A DNA stretch of 38,515 bases, from assembly GCA_035313725.1 (NCBI GenBank), contig DATGAD010000062.1, forward strand, positions 1-38,515. Reading direction: 5' to 3'. The stretch comes from Alloacidobacterium sp. GTDB taxonomy: Bacteria; Acidobacteriota; Terriglobia; Terriglobales; Acidobacteriaceae. This document shows positions 17,579 through 25,478 of the stretch, piece by piece. The notes beneath the pieces are model-generated. The model was not told where the DNA came from, made no database searches, and worked only from the letters and a program-made list of their open reading frames with translations. Positions within the stretch are counted from its first letter, which is position 1. Each line of letters opens with the position of its first letter. A program made the position numbers and the translations under genes.

Positions 17579-18628
17579 CTAAACATCCGCGAATTGAATC
17601 ACGACCTTGATGTCATCTGCGGTTCGCTCGAGGGCGCGCGCGAAATCCGCCGGGCGCTCGCGACGCGTCACGAGTTGCGCGAGCCATGAGCGGTCCGCGC
17701 GGGCCAGGGCCTCGCTGGCCTTATACCAATGCCGCTTGTTGGCGTTCACGCTTCCGACGACCACGTTGTTCCGCAGTACCACCTGAGCGGCCACATCGGC
17801 GATGTGCAACTGGCCAATGATGCCGCCACTGCCAACACCAGTAAGGCAGATGACTCCACCCGAAGCAACCGCGCCAATAGAGTCCTTTATGACTTTGCCT
17901 ACGCCGGTGCATTCGATAATGACGTCCGGCTCGAAGCCAAGATCTGTAATCGAGCACGAGTGATAGCTGGCTCCAAGCGCGCGAACCAGTTGGGGTTTTG
18001 GCCCTGAATCAGCCAGGTCAATCACATGCACGTCGAGTCCGCGCTGCTTGCCCAGAAGCGCGGCTAAGAGACCGATCGGCCCTGCGCCTGTTACCAGCAC
18101 GGTTCGGGGCTCCCAGAAGGCGCGTCGGCCGACTGCAACGACCTGTTCCCATGCCTTTGCTACCACGGTAGTTGGTTCCAGTAACACTCCGAGCAGCCCG
18201 AGAGAGCGGTCAACTTTCATCGCGTAGTCAGGCTCGATTCGCCAGCGCTCTGACATAAAGCCGTTGATCTCTTTAATGCCGCGTTCCGTGTATTGGCCAT
18301 TGCGGCACATGTCCCATTCCCCTACGGCGCAGTTTGGGCAGGGAACGGGATCGGGACGGCGGACAATGCCAACTACAAAATCGCCCGTCTTGAAGGCTGT
18401 GGAGGTACCTGGATCGACGACTCGGCCGAGAGATTCGTGGCCGAGGACGAGGTTCGTCCGACCGGGAGGAGCCCAGCCGTATTTCCCCTCAACGATCTCA
18501 ACGTCGGTCCCGCATACTCCAACGGCAATGGCTTCCACAAGCACGGAGCCGTCGCGCTCGTCAGGTTCGGGAATTTCTTCCAACCGGGCGCTGCCGGGAG
18601 TCCTTGGTTTAACGGTAATCGCCTGCAT
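17579..18628 (-). CDS. Zinc-dependent glucose 1-dehydrogenase (MDR family)
   Basis: GVCGTD, LGHESLGRV, CPNC...C, YTERGI, GAGPIG, GSVNA; start MQAITV after GGAGG. Confidence 0.88.
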   Translation of the reverse strand: MQAITVKPRTPGSARLEEIPEPDERDGSVLVEAIAVGVCGTDVEIVEGKYGWAPPGRTNLVLGHESLGRVVDPGTSTAFKTGDFVVGIVRRPDPVPCPNCAVGEWDMCRNGQYTERGIKEINGFMSERWRIEPDYAMKVDRSLGLLGVLLEPTTVVAKAWEQVVAVGRRAFWEPRTVLVTGAGPIGLLAALLGKQRGLDVHVIDLADSGPKPQLVRALGASYHSCSITDLGFEPDVIIECTGVGKVIKDSIGAVASGGVICLTGVGSGGIIGQLHIADVAAQVVLRNNVVVGSVNANKRHWYKASEALARADRSWLAQLVTRRERPADFARALERTADDIKVVIQFADV

Positions 18629-18678
18629 TTCGTCACCTCCGGTTGTTATTGGTGAATTTCTGCGGCGCAAGACAGGAG

Positions 18679-19935
18679 CTAAAATGCTTCGCCGACGCCG
18701 ACACCCCAGGTGAAGTTGTCTTTGCCCCACGCGAAGTCTGTCCGCACATTGACGTGGTACTTCTTGCTCAACATGTAGCGAATGCCGGTTCCACCAGAGG
18801 GGAGCAAATGGTTCGCGCGAAAAAACTGGTCCGAGCCGGGAGCGACTGCGCCGACGCCACCGAAACCAACCAGGCCGAACTTCCAAGGAAGAACCAGCCG
18901 GTACTCCATCTGAGTCGCAAACATATGGCGATCCAGGTAGCGTCCCGCGGTGTAACCGCGAAGCTCATTACTCGCGCCGTAAATGCAATTCCCATAGAAC
19001 GGCGGCGAGCCACCGGTGCCGCACCAATACAAGTTGTAGGCAAGGACCTGCTTGTCACTGAGGCTCAGGTATTTGTTGAATGTGAATTTGTAAGACTGAA
19101 AGGAATATTTGCTTCCCAGGTCCTGTGCGAAAAAATCGCCGGTGAAGTCAATCACGCTTCCCTTAACTGGATAAAAGCGATTTGGACGAGTGTCGCGCCA
19201 CACTTCCATACCTAGCGCGCGAAGATCTGTGTGCAACCCGATGTCCGGTGGAATCGGGGGGAGTTTGGAGGACGAGGCTGGCTTGAGAGTAATGAAGGAG
19301 CTTCCAGTAATGAAACGCCCGCCAATGTAAATGTCCCAGGGAATCCTCCGCAAAACTTTGAAGAAGAATATCTGGCCAGCTTGTTCCAGTGGTAATTTGA
19401 GCCCGGCGTTCCCATTCACAAAGCCCTCGCCGTACAGGTTGTAATCGAGGTTTCCGTGCGCATACACCGATTCCAGTTCATAGCGCGCCTGCTTTAGATA
19501 AAGGTCTGTACCGAGCCCGAATCCTCGGCTGTCGTTGTTGGTGATCAAACCAGCCGCGCCAACAACTGACGGTTCTATTCCTTTGTCTTTTGCTGGAATG
19601 GGGGTAATGTAACCGACAATTGGTATGACTCCCGCACCCAGTGCCGGGCTCACAATTGGCAGTGGTGCAATCACGAAAGATCCGGCACGATCTGACTTTT
19701 TTCCCTTCTTCTCCTCTTTTGTTTCGGAGTTCTGTTCGGGTTGTGCATCAGTCGAGGGACTTGATGAGGATTGATCCATGGAATCCTGCGAGGCTTGCGG
19801 TTCCACAACGGAGGATTGGTCGATTGGCAGATTGCCCCCCGCGGAGGCCGGTTTCACAAAACCCGGGCTTAGTCCCATGACAAAAAGGAGACTCAGGAAC
19901 CGAAATGTTCTGAAATCTCCAGATGTATTCATCAC
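18679..19935 (-). CDS. Omp85/BamA-TamA-like outer-membrane beta-barrel without POTRA domains
   Basis: Signal peptide, DTRPNRFYPVKG, ELRGY (VRGY-like loop), GTGIRY, C-terminal GVGEAF (terminal Phe). Confidence 0.85.
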   Translation of the reverse strand: MMNTSGDFRTFRFLSLLFVMGLSPGFVKPASAGGNLPIDQSSVVEPQASQDSMDQSSSSPSTDAQPEQNSETKEEKKGKKSDRAGSFVIAPLPIVSPALGAGVIPIVGYITPIPAKDKGIEPSVVGAAGLITNNDSRGFGLGTDLYLKQARYELESVYAHGNLDYNLYGEGFVNGNAGLKLPLEQAGQIFFFKVLRRIPWDIYIGGRFITGSSFITLKPASSSKLPPIPPDIGLHTDLRALGMEVWRDTRPNRFYPVKGSVIDFTGDFFAQDLGSKYSFQSYKFTFNKYLSLSDKQVLAYNLYWCGTGGSPPFYGNCIYGASNELRGYTAGRYLDRHMFATQMEYRLVLPWKFGLVGFGGVGAVAPGSDQFFRANHLLPSGGTGIRYMLSKKYHVNVRTDFAWGKDNFTWGVGVGEAF

Positions 19936-20055
19936 GTCCCCACAACGTTCTGCTCATAAGCTTATCGCCTTCCCTCGCATGAGTGTCGAGAGTGCGAGGA
20001 GGATTCATGGCAACTGATTCCTCCTGAAAAGCTGACTGGCCGATCTGCACGGGGA

Positions 20056-20103
20056 AAAAAGGGGCCTGCTCTATTGCCCGTTACCAAGACCTCAAGCAGG
20101 CCC
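20056..20103 (-). terminator. Terminator-like hairpin after the LPXTG gene
   Basis: On the minus strand, a GGGCCTGCT...AGCAGGCCC 9-bp stem followed by CTTTTTT; the loop is unusually long. Confidence 0.45.
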
Positions 20104-20120
20104 GGCTGCTGAAAAAAAGG

Positions 20121-20909
20121 TCAAGCGATTTTGCGAATCATCTTCATCCCAAGCCCTGACAGCAGGCTGAGAGCGCCTAACAGTCCGAGCAGAGGCAATT
20201 CACTCCCCGTTTTAGGCAACGGCGCCGGAGCAGCTTCGGCAACAGTTGGGGCAGGCGCGGCCGGCACTACCGGCATAGCTACGACGACAAGGATTGGAAC
20301 GTCGGCCGGAGGAGGTGGCGGAGGCGGAGGCATCTGGCCGGTCAGCTTGGCGTTTCGCGCTACCACAGTCTCTGGTTGCTCGATGACTTGGGTGGCGGAG
20401 ACTTTCATACCTTTCTGCAATCCCCATGCATCCGTCATTTGTCCATTTACTTCGAATTTCTGACCTTTCGGGATTTTGAACTCCTTGTTCTTTCCGTCTT
20501 CCATAGTCAGGATCACCGTGAGTGGGGGCTGCACATAGAACACCGTGCCTGTCACGCTCTTAGTGGTGGTGATCACTTTCGGTATCGTCGTTGTAGTTAT
20601 TGTTCTCTGGAGAGTCATGCCCGGTTTCAGGTCATGAATTCCAAGTTGCTGGCCATTCACGCTGACACGAGCGCTATCCGGTACATTCGCAAAATGCTTG
20701 AGCGTGCCATCAGCCATCTTCACTACCAGATCATTTCCGCTGACAGCGACCACCGTCGCGTGCTCGACCGTCACCTGCTTGGTAGCCTGCCCGGACGAGG
20801 TGGTGGTGTCCGTTTGCACCTGTGCGTTCCCGCTCAGGGTAAGGGTGAGGCAAAGAGCCCCAACCGCGATCCCCAGCCCCGTTGCTGTTTGTGTATTTCG
20901 CGTAGTCAT
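20121..20909 (-). CDS. Sortase substrate: exported protein with two OB-like repeats, poly-Pro linker and LPKTG sorting signal
   Basis: AAAGGAG RBS, signal peptide, C-terminal LPKTG + hydrophobic LPLLGLLGALSLLSGLG + basic tail KMIRKIA; directly downstream of a sortase gene. Confidence 0.88.
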   Translation of the reverse strand: MTTRNTQTATGLGIAVGALCLTLTLSGNAQVQTDTTTSSGQATKQVTVEHATVVAVSGNDLVVKMADGTLKHFANVPDSARVSVNGQQLGIHDLKPGMTLQRTITTTTIPKVITTTKSVTGTVFYVQPPLTVILTMEDGKNKEFKIPKGQKFEVNGQMTDAWGLQKGMKVSATQVIEQPETVVARNAKLTGQMPPPPPPPPADVPILVVVAMPVVPAAPAPTVAEAAPAPLPKTGSELPLLGLLGALSLLSGLGMKMIRKIA

Positions 20910-21007
20910 TGCCGTATTCTCCTTTGTTAGCTTTTGGAACCATGGCCGGAGCCCATAGTGCCGGTCATTCAAACTGCTGGTCCTTTTTTCGCGTTCTCAT
21001 CCATGCC

Positions 21008-21679
21008 TCAAAACTCCGCATCATCGCTGGTGTTCTTCTTATCCGGGCCCACGAGCGATGCCTGAACGATGTATCGTTGTGGGGCGTCACCCACGAAATA
21101 AAACGGATAACAAGTCACGAGCGTTACCGAAGGATGCGAACGCGGCCGTAGAACTGAGACCTCGGTCGGATCGACGATCTTGATCTGATCGATCACGTAT
21201 GTATCGGTTTCCTTTTGCGTCTGAATCTCGATCTTGTCCCCGGCGACGACATCCTTTAGTCCTCGAAAAAAACCATCTCTATGCCCCGCGAGTCCAATGT
21301 TGCCGCTCTCTCCTGGAGGCGCCGTGCCCGCGATGTGCCCGACGGCCCGGTTCAAGATGAGATCGTCAGAGCCCTCCAAAATCGGGACCTCCAAGTGAAT
21401 CCTGGGAATGAGAAGGAGCGCTACCGCAGGTTGAAAATGGGAAACCAGACTATCTCGATAAGCCCGAATGCGCTTTGCCGACCAAAGGCTAAAATCAGGC
21501 GACTTATCCGCCGGGATTTCACCATGCACTTCCTGCGCAAGCAACTGCTGGCTCTTAAACCTCTCGATTTCCATTCGCGAAAGAACGAATCCATGAATCC
21601 GCGCTAATCCAAAGATGCAGAGCATCAACGCCCCAAAGGCGATCAGCAGGCGCTCAAGCTTCATCCATCGCATCGTCAC
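21008..21679 (-). CDS. Class D sortase
   Basis: N-terminal TM, LLIPRIHLEVPI, GNIGLAGHRDGFFR (His), TLVTCYPF (Cys), downstream QRYIV (Arg). Confidence 0.93.
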   Translation of the reverse strand: MTMRWMKLERLLIAFGALMLCIFGLARIHGFVLSRMEIERFKSQQLLAQEVHGEIPADKSPDFSLWSAKRIRAYRDSLVSHFQPAVALLLIPRIHLEVPILEGSDDLILNRAVGHIAGTAPPGESGNIGLAGHRDGFFRGLKDVVAGDKIEIQTQKETDTYVIDQIKIVDPTEVSVLRPRSHPSVTLVTCYPFYFVGDAPQRYIVQASLVGPDKKNTSDDAEF

Positions 21680-21796
21680 TCCACTTCGCTTGCCAACTGA
21701 ACGGGCTCAGCGTGGCTGAGTTCGACCTGAACGCCAACGACATTCAACCGGCTGTACTTCTGTTGTTACAAGGTATGGTCAACAAGAAGGCTGCGT

Positions 21797-21816
21797 AACT
21801 GTCACTAGGGACAGTT
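21797..21816. promoter_or_regulatory. Palindromic box copy 3 (AACTGTC-ACTAGG-GACAGTT)
   Basis: Perfect 7-bp arms, about 120 nt upstream of the sortase start. Confidence 0.65.
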
Positions 21817-21847
21817 CGCCTGAAATCTGTTGCAGAGCAAGCCAGGG

Positions 21848-22243
21848 CTATTCAACAAACGAGCGGGAGATGAAGAATCTATCCGCAAGCACAGCTTCGA
21901 CTGCGGCGGTCAGATCTGTATTCAAGCGCGACTTCTTTACGTAGGCCAGCGCTCCAGCATCAATTGCGGCATCAATGAATTCACGGTCTTCGTAAACCGT
22001 CAGAAATATTATTTTGGAGTTGCAGCACGATTGCCGTAGTTGCTGGGCCAGGTCGATACCGCTTTTTTCTCCCATGGAAATATCCAGCACAACAATATCC
22101 GGCTTGAGCCGTATGCACTCGCTCACGACAGTCAGTTCGTCTTTCACAGCAGCAACGACGTCATAGTTCTTTTCAAGCACCCTGGTCACTTGATGCAGAA
22201 GAGGGGAGTAGCGGTCGGCAAGCAGAATGCGCACTCGGTGCAT
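21848..22243 (-). CDS. Single-domain NarL-type receiver protein
   Basis: MHRVRILLADR...VVLDISM...IIFLT...YVKK; ends without an HTH; RBS GAAGGAG. Confidence 0.8.
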   Translation of the reverse strand: MHRVRILLADRYSPLLHQVTRVLEKNYDVVAAVKDELTVVSECIRLKPDIVVLDISMGEKSGIDLAQQLRQSCCNSKIIFLTVYEDREFIDAAIDAGALAYVKKSRLNTDLTAAVEAVLADRFFISRSFVE

Positions 22244-22294
22244 ACTGTGCTCCTTCCCTGATGTCGACCCTACGCATTCATCACCGATTCGACT

Positions 22295-22312
22295 ACTGTC
22301 ACTTGTGACGGT
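22295..22312. promoter_or_regulatory. Palindromic box copy 4 (ACTGTCACTTGTGACGGT)
   Basis: Between the divergent receiver genes; one mismatch to the consensus. Confidence 0.65.
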
Positions 22313-22425
22313 GAGGGGAATGACTGTCCTCGGCAATGGGAGGCAGGATCTTAATCTTTCGCGGGGCGCAAGGCTGATTCGCACTGGGGGAAAGGACAAT
22401 TCCACAGTCACAAGCTGTTACCGTT

Positions 22426-22451
22426 GGCTACTGTCCAATGTGACAGTAGCC
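22426..22451. promoter_or_regulatory. Palindromic box copy 5 (GGCTACTGTC-CAATGT-GACAGTAGCC)
   Basis: Perfect 10-bp arms, about 40 nt upstream of CDS 22493. Confidence 0.65.
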
Positions 22452-22492
22452 CTGCCGCTCTGGATAACCAAGACTATTCGGTGCGTGGGAAC

Positions 22493-22885
22493 ATGGAAAA
22501 AATTCGAGTGTTACTTGCTGACGATCATGAAGCGATTCTGGCGCAAGTGCGCATCGTCCTAGGCGAGGAATTTGATATTGTGGGCGCCGTAAATAACGGA
22601 CGGGATGCGATGGTGGCAGTGCAGCGCCTGGATCCGGATGTGCTAGTAATCGACATATCCATGCCAGTTCTCAATGGGCTGCAGGCAGTGTCCCGGCTGC
22701 CATCCAATCGTCGAACCAAGGTTGTGTTTTTGACGGTTCATAGAGACCAGGATTTTGTTGAGGCCGCTTTCTCCGCCGGCGCTTCTGCATACGTCATCAA
22801 AGCCGACGTTACCACTGATCTCGTTCCAGCGATCCGTGATGCCCTGGAAGGGCGCAGATACATTTCACAGTCGATAACATCCTAG
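22493..22885 (+). CDS. Single-domain NarL-type receiver protein
   Basis: MEKIRVLLADDH...VLVIDISMP...VVFLT...YVIK; no output domain. Confidence 0.88.
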   Translation: MEKIRVLLADDHEAILAQVRIVLGEEFDIVGAVNNGRDAMVAVQRLDPDVLVIDISMPVLNGLQAVSRLPSNRRTKVVFLTVHRDQDFVEAAFSAGASAYVIKADVTTDLVPAIRDALEGRRYISQSITS

Positions 22886-22970
22886 GTTCAAGTTTCAGCC
22901 AGGAACGCTGTGAACTAAGACCCTGCCGGGGTTTCACAACCTTCCAGGTGAGCGTTTGTAAGAAATCTAC

Positions 22971-22988
22971 ACTGTCACATGTGCCAGT
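22971..22988. promoter_or_regulatory. Palindromic box copy 6 (ACTGTCACATGTGCCAGT)
   Basis: One mismatch to the consensus; upstream of the remnant at 23152. Confidence 0.6.
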
Positions 22989-23151
22989 AGAAGTGCACGC
23001 GTCAGTTCGATAATTTTGTGACGCCTTGCAAAGCCGCGAATGCTTTGCTGCCGAACCCAGGAGTCGAGCGATGGGTACTTCCTTATTGCTGCAGAGAGCG
23101 CGAAGGAGCGATGTTGATACTCACCCCTTCGAGGCGTACTACGAAGACAGG

Positions 23152-23346
23152 GTGAAGCGGATCTTAACGGGATTGAAGAGGATTCTTGCATATCTGCTGA
23201 GTTGCGGCCTCGTCTTTTCGACTATCCCGAAGGACGATGCGCAGAACGGCTTGGCTTTTCAGAAGGACCTTGGAGCGAAGACAGATCAAGTCGCTGCCGC
23301 GATGACGGAATTCAACCCCGATAAGAGCTGGACAGTTGTAGAGTGA
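23152..23346 (+). pseudogene. Collapsed remnant: signal-peptide-like start fused to the C-terminus of a DUF2950-like protein
   Basis: GLAFQKDLGAKTDQVAAAMTEFNPDKSWTVVE resembles the DUF2950 C-terminus; it is preceded directly by MKRILTGLKRILAYLLSCGLVF (signal-peptide-like). Confidence 0.55.
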
Positions 23347-23505
23347 TGGCATTCCGCCAGGCCGCAGCGGGAACTCCTATCACGGGTAACCGCAAATGTT
23401 GCGGATGATGAAGAAAGTTGAGGAGGCGCAAAGGATGGCAGGCTCGACGCCATTGCCAAGGGCATTGACGCACGACTTCTGAGCTGAACTCCTCCTCACC
23501 GCTCT

Positions 23506-24819
23506 ATGATGCTCCTGAACTCACGTATCATCCGAATTTCCATCGCGAGCCTGGTTACAGGGCTGTTGATCGGGGTGGTGGGTGGCCTTTTTCGCCTGTC
23601 ACTGATCGTTGCGGAACAACTCCGTGAGGAATTATTAGCCAGGACACACGTATGGCCACACATTGGCTGGTTAGCCTCGGTGGCAATGGGGCTGACAGGC
23701 GCAGCGGTGGCGCGACTGATGGTTGTTCGTTTGGCACCGCAGGCTGAGGGGAGCGGTCTACAACGTGTAGAGGCCATTTTCAGCCGCGAGGTGCCGGCGG
23801 ACGGCGCCAGCGTCGTGCTCGTTAAGTTCTTCGGCGGCGTGCTGGCCATCGGTTCCGGGTTGGCACTTGGCCGCGAAGGTCCGACCGTGCACATGGGTTC
23901 CTCTCTTGCTGCGCTGGTTTCACGCTTTCTGCTTAAGGACAACGACGATGACCGAGCCCTCAACGCGGCTGGAGCCGGTGCCGGACTGGCCGTCGCATTT
24001 AACGCACCCCTCGGCGGATCAATCTTCGTCTTCGAGGAACTCACGTCGAGCTTCAGCCCGTGGCTAATGCTTGCCACACTCGCCGCCGCGGCCATGGCCG
24101 TCTGGGTCGTGCGTGCGATGTTGGGCAATCACTTCGAATTCACCGTGGAGCGAGTCAGCGTCACCGATGCCTGGAAGATCTGGCCGTTTCTCCTGTTGGG
24201 CGGGCTGATGGGCGCGATCGGCGCTTTCTACAATCGCATCATCGTTGTTCTACTTCGTTTCATGGATCGATCTTTCCGGCTCACCTCGGTACAGTGGGCT
24301 GCAGCCATCGGCGCCACCATCGGATTAGCCGCGTGGTTCAAGCCTGCACTTGTCGGTGGTGGCGACGACTTGACGCAGAGCATTCTGTCCGGCCGTGTCG
24401 CGATTGGGAGCCTGGCGATCGTCTTCATATTGCGTTTCTTTATTGGACCTTTGTCATATGCCGCGCGTACTCCCGGAGGTCTCTTCGCGCCAATGTTGGT
24501 ACTCGGTGCTTCGTTTGGCGCTCTCTTTGGCGAGGTAATCAACCACCTCAGTCCTAACGTAGGTGTCACCGCAGTCGCTTGCGCGGTAGTGGGAATGGGG
24601 ACATTCTTCTCAGCATGCGTTCGCGCACCACTCACTGGGATCGTGCTGACGGTGGAGATGACAGGCCGCGGTGACCTGACCTTGAGCCTTCTGAGTGCTT
24701 CATTGGCAGCGATGGTGGTTGCAATGCTGCTGAATAGTCAGCCAATTTACGAGACTCTGAAACACCGGATGCTGGAGCGACAAACTATAGCACCGCAGAA
24801 GATCACTCAGGCTCGTTAA
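23506..24819 (+). CDS. clcA: ClC-family H+/Cl- exchange transporter
   Basis: AEGSGLQ, LGREGPTV (gating Glu), AFNAPLGG..FVFEEL (internal Glu), PGGLFAP, PIYE (central Tyr); many TM helices. Confidence 0.9.
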   Translation: MMLLNSRIIRISIASLVTGLLIGVVGGLFRLSLIVAEQLREELLARTHVWPHIGWLASVAMGLTGAAVARLMVVRLAPQAEGSGLQRVEAIFSREVPADGASVVLVKFFGGVLAIGSGLALGREGPTVHMGSSLAALVSRFLLKDNDDDRALNAAGAGAGLAVAFNAPLGGSIFVFEELTSSFSPWLMLATLAAAAMAVWVVRAMLGNHFEFTVERVSVTDAWKIWPFLLLGGLMGAIGAFYNRIIVVLLRFMDRSFRLTSVQWAAAIGATIGLAAWFKPALVGGGDDLTQSILSGRVAIGSLAIVFILRFFIGPLSYAARTPGGLFAPMLVLGASFGALFGEVINHLSPNVGVTAVACAVVGMGTFFSACVRAPLTGIVLTVEMTGRGDLTLSLLSASLAAMVVAMLLNSQPIYETLKHRMLERQTIAPQKITQAR

Positions 24820-24862
24820 CTGACTCTCCCGCTTTGCAGTCTCTCAAGGCAACAGCGTCGCC

Positions 24863-25120
24863 TCATGCTATTTCTGTCACACTCGCGGTCTCTTTCAATG
24901 GCAAGTCTTTTGAAGACTCTCCGCTCTCGGCTGCAATCGGCACAACAGCAAGAACACTCGTTCCCTTTCCGGGCTGCGATTCGACCGAGAACTTGCCGCG
25001 CACCAGATGCACCCGTTCCTGCATGCTCACGAGTCCTAATCCTCGGCTCTTCTTTCCCCGTTCTACGTCAAAGCCTGCGCCTGAATCTCTCACCTCAAGC
25101 CGTACCTCGGTATTACGTAC
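24863..25120 (-). pseudogene. 3' fragment of a HisKA_3 histidine kinase
   Basis: VRLEVRDSGAGF...GLGLVSMQERVHLVRGKFSVESQPGKGT closely parallels the C-terminus of CDS 12935..15166; H-box and N-box are missing. Confidence 0.8.
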
Positions 25121-25140
25121 TCTCCCAGACTTGGGAACGG

Positions 25141-25476
25141 TTAACCGGAGCGCGTGTAGCGAATCGCTTCCACTCCGGAGCTCGCGATGAGGCCACCTTC
25201 AATCATCTGGTCAAGATGAGGTATCAGCTTTTGAATCTGCTCTTCTGTATCAATGACTGTGACCATTACGGGTGCATTCTTCGAGATGGACAGGCTGCGA
25301 GCATGGTAGATGCGAGCACTGGCTCCGAAGCCTTCGACTCCGCGAAACACGGTCGCTCCTCGAAGTCCGAGTTCCATGCACTTCGCTATGATTGCCTTGT
25401 ATAGGGGCTCGCCGTGCCATTTATCATCTTCGGTGAAATGAATCCGCAGCATTCTTCCTTGAAAGTGCTCTCTCAT
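25141..25476 (-). CDS. DUF190 (PII-like) protein
   Basis: MLRIHFTEDDKWHGEPLY...GATVFRGVEGFG...PVMVTVIDTEE; RBS AAGGAG. Confidence 0.88.
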   Translation of the reverse strand: MREHFQGRMLRIHFTEDDKWHGEPLYKAIIAKCMELGLRGATVFRGVEGFGASARIYHARSLSISKNAPVMVTVIDTEEQIQKLIPHLDQMIEGGLIASSGVEAIRYTRSG

Positions 25477-25478
25477 GG

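Noticed and set aside
20308-20332. GGA/GGC short tandem repeat
   Set aside because: It simply encodes the poly-proline linker of the LPKTG protein on the minus strand.
11014-22988. Palindromes as a CRISPR array or recombination sites
   Set aside because: They are irregularly spaced, degenerate and promoter-proximal, with no cas, integrase or recombinase gene in the window.
23506-24819. ClC as a fluoride-specific CLC-F
   Set aside because: It has GSGLQ/GREGP/Tyr rather than the CLC-F signatures (GNNLI-like, GREGT, GEVTP).
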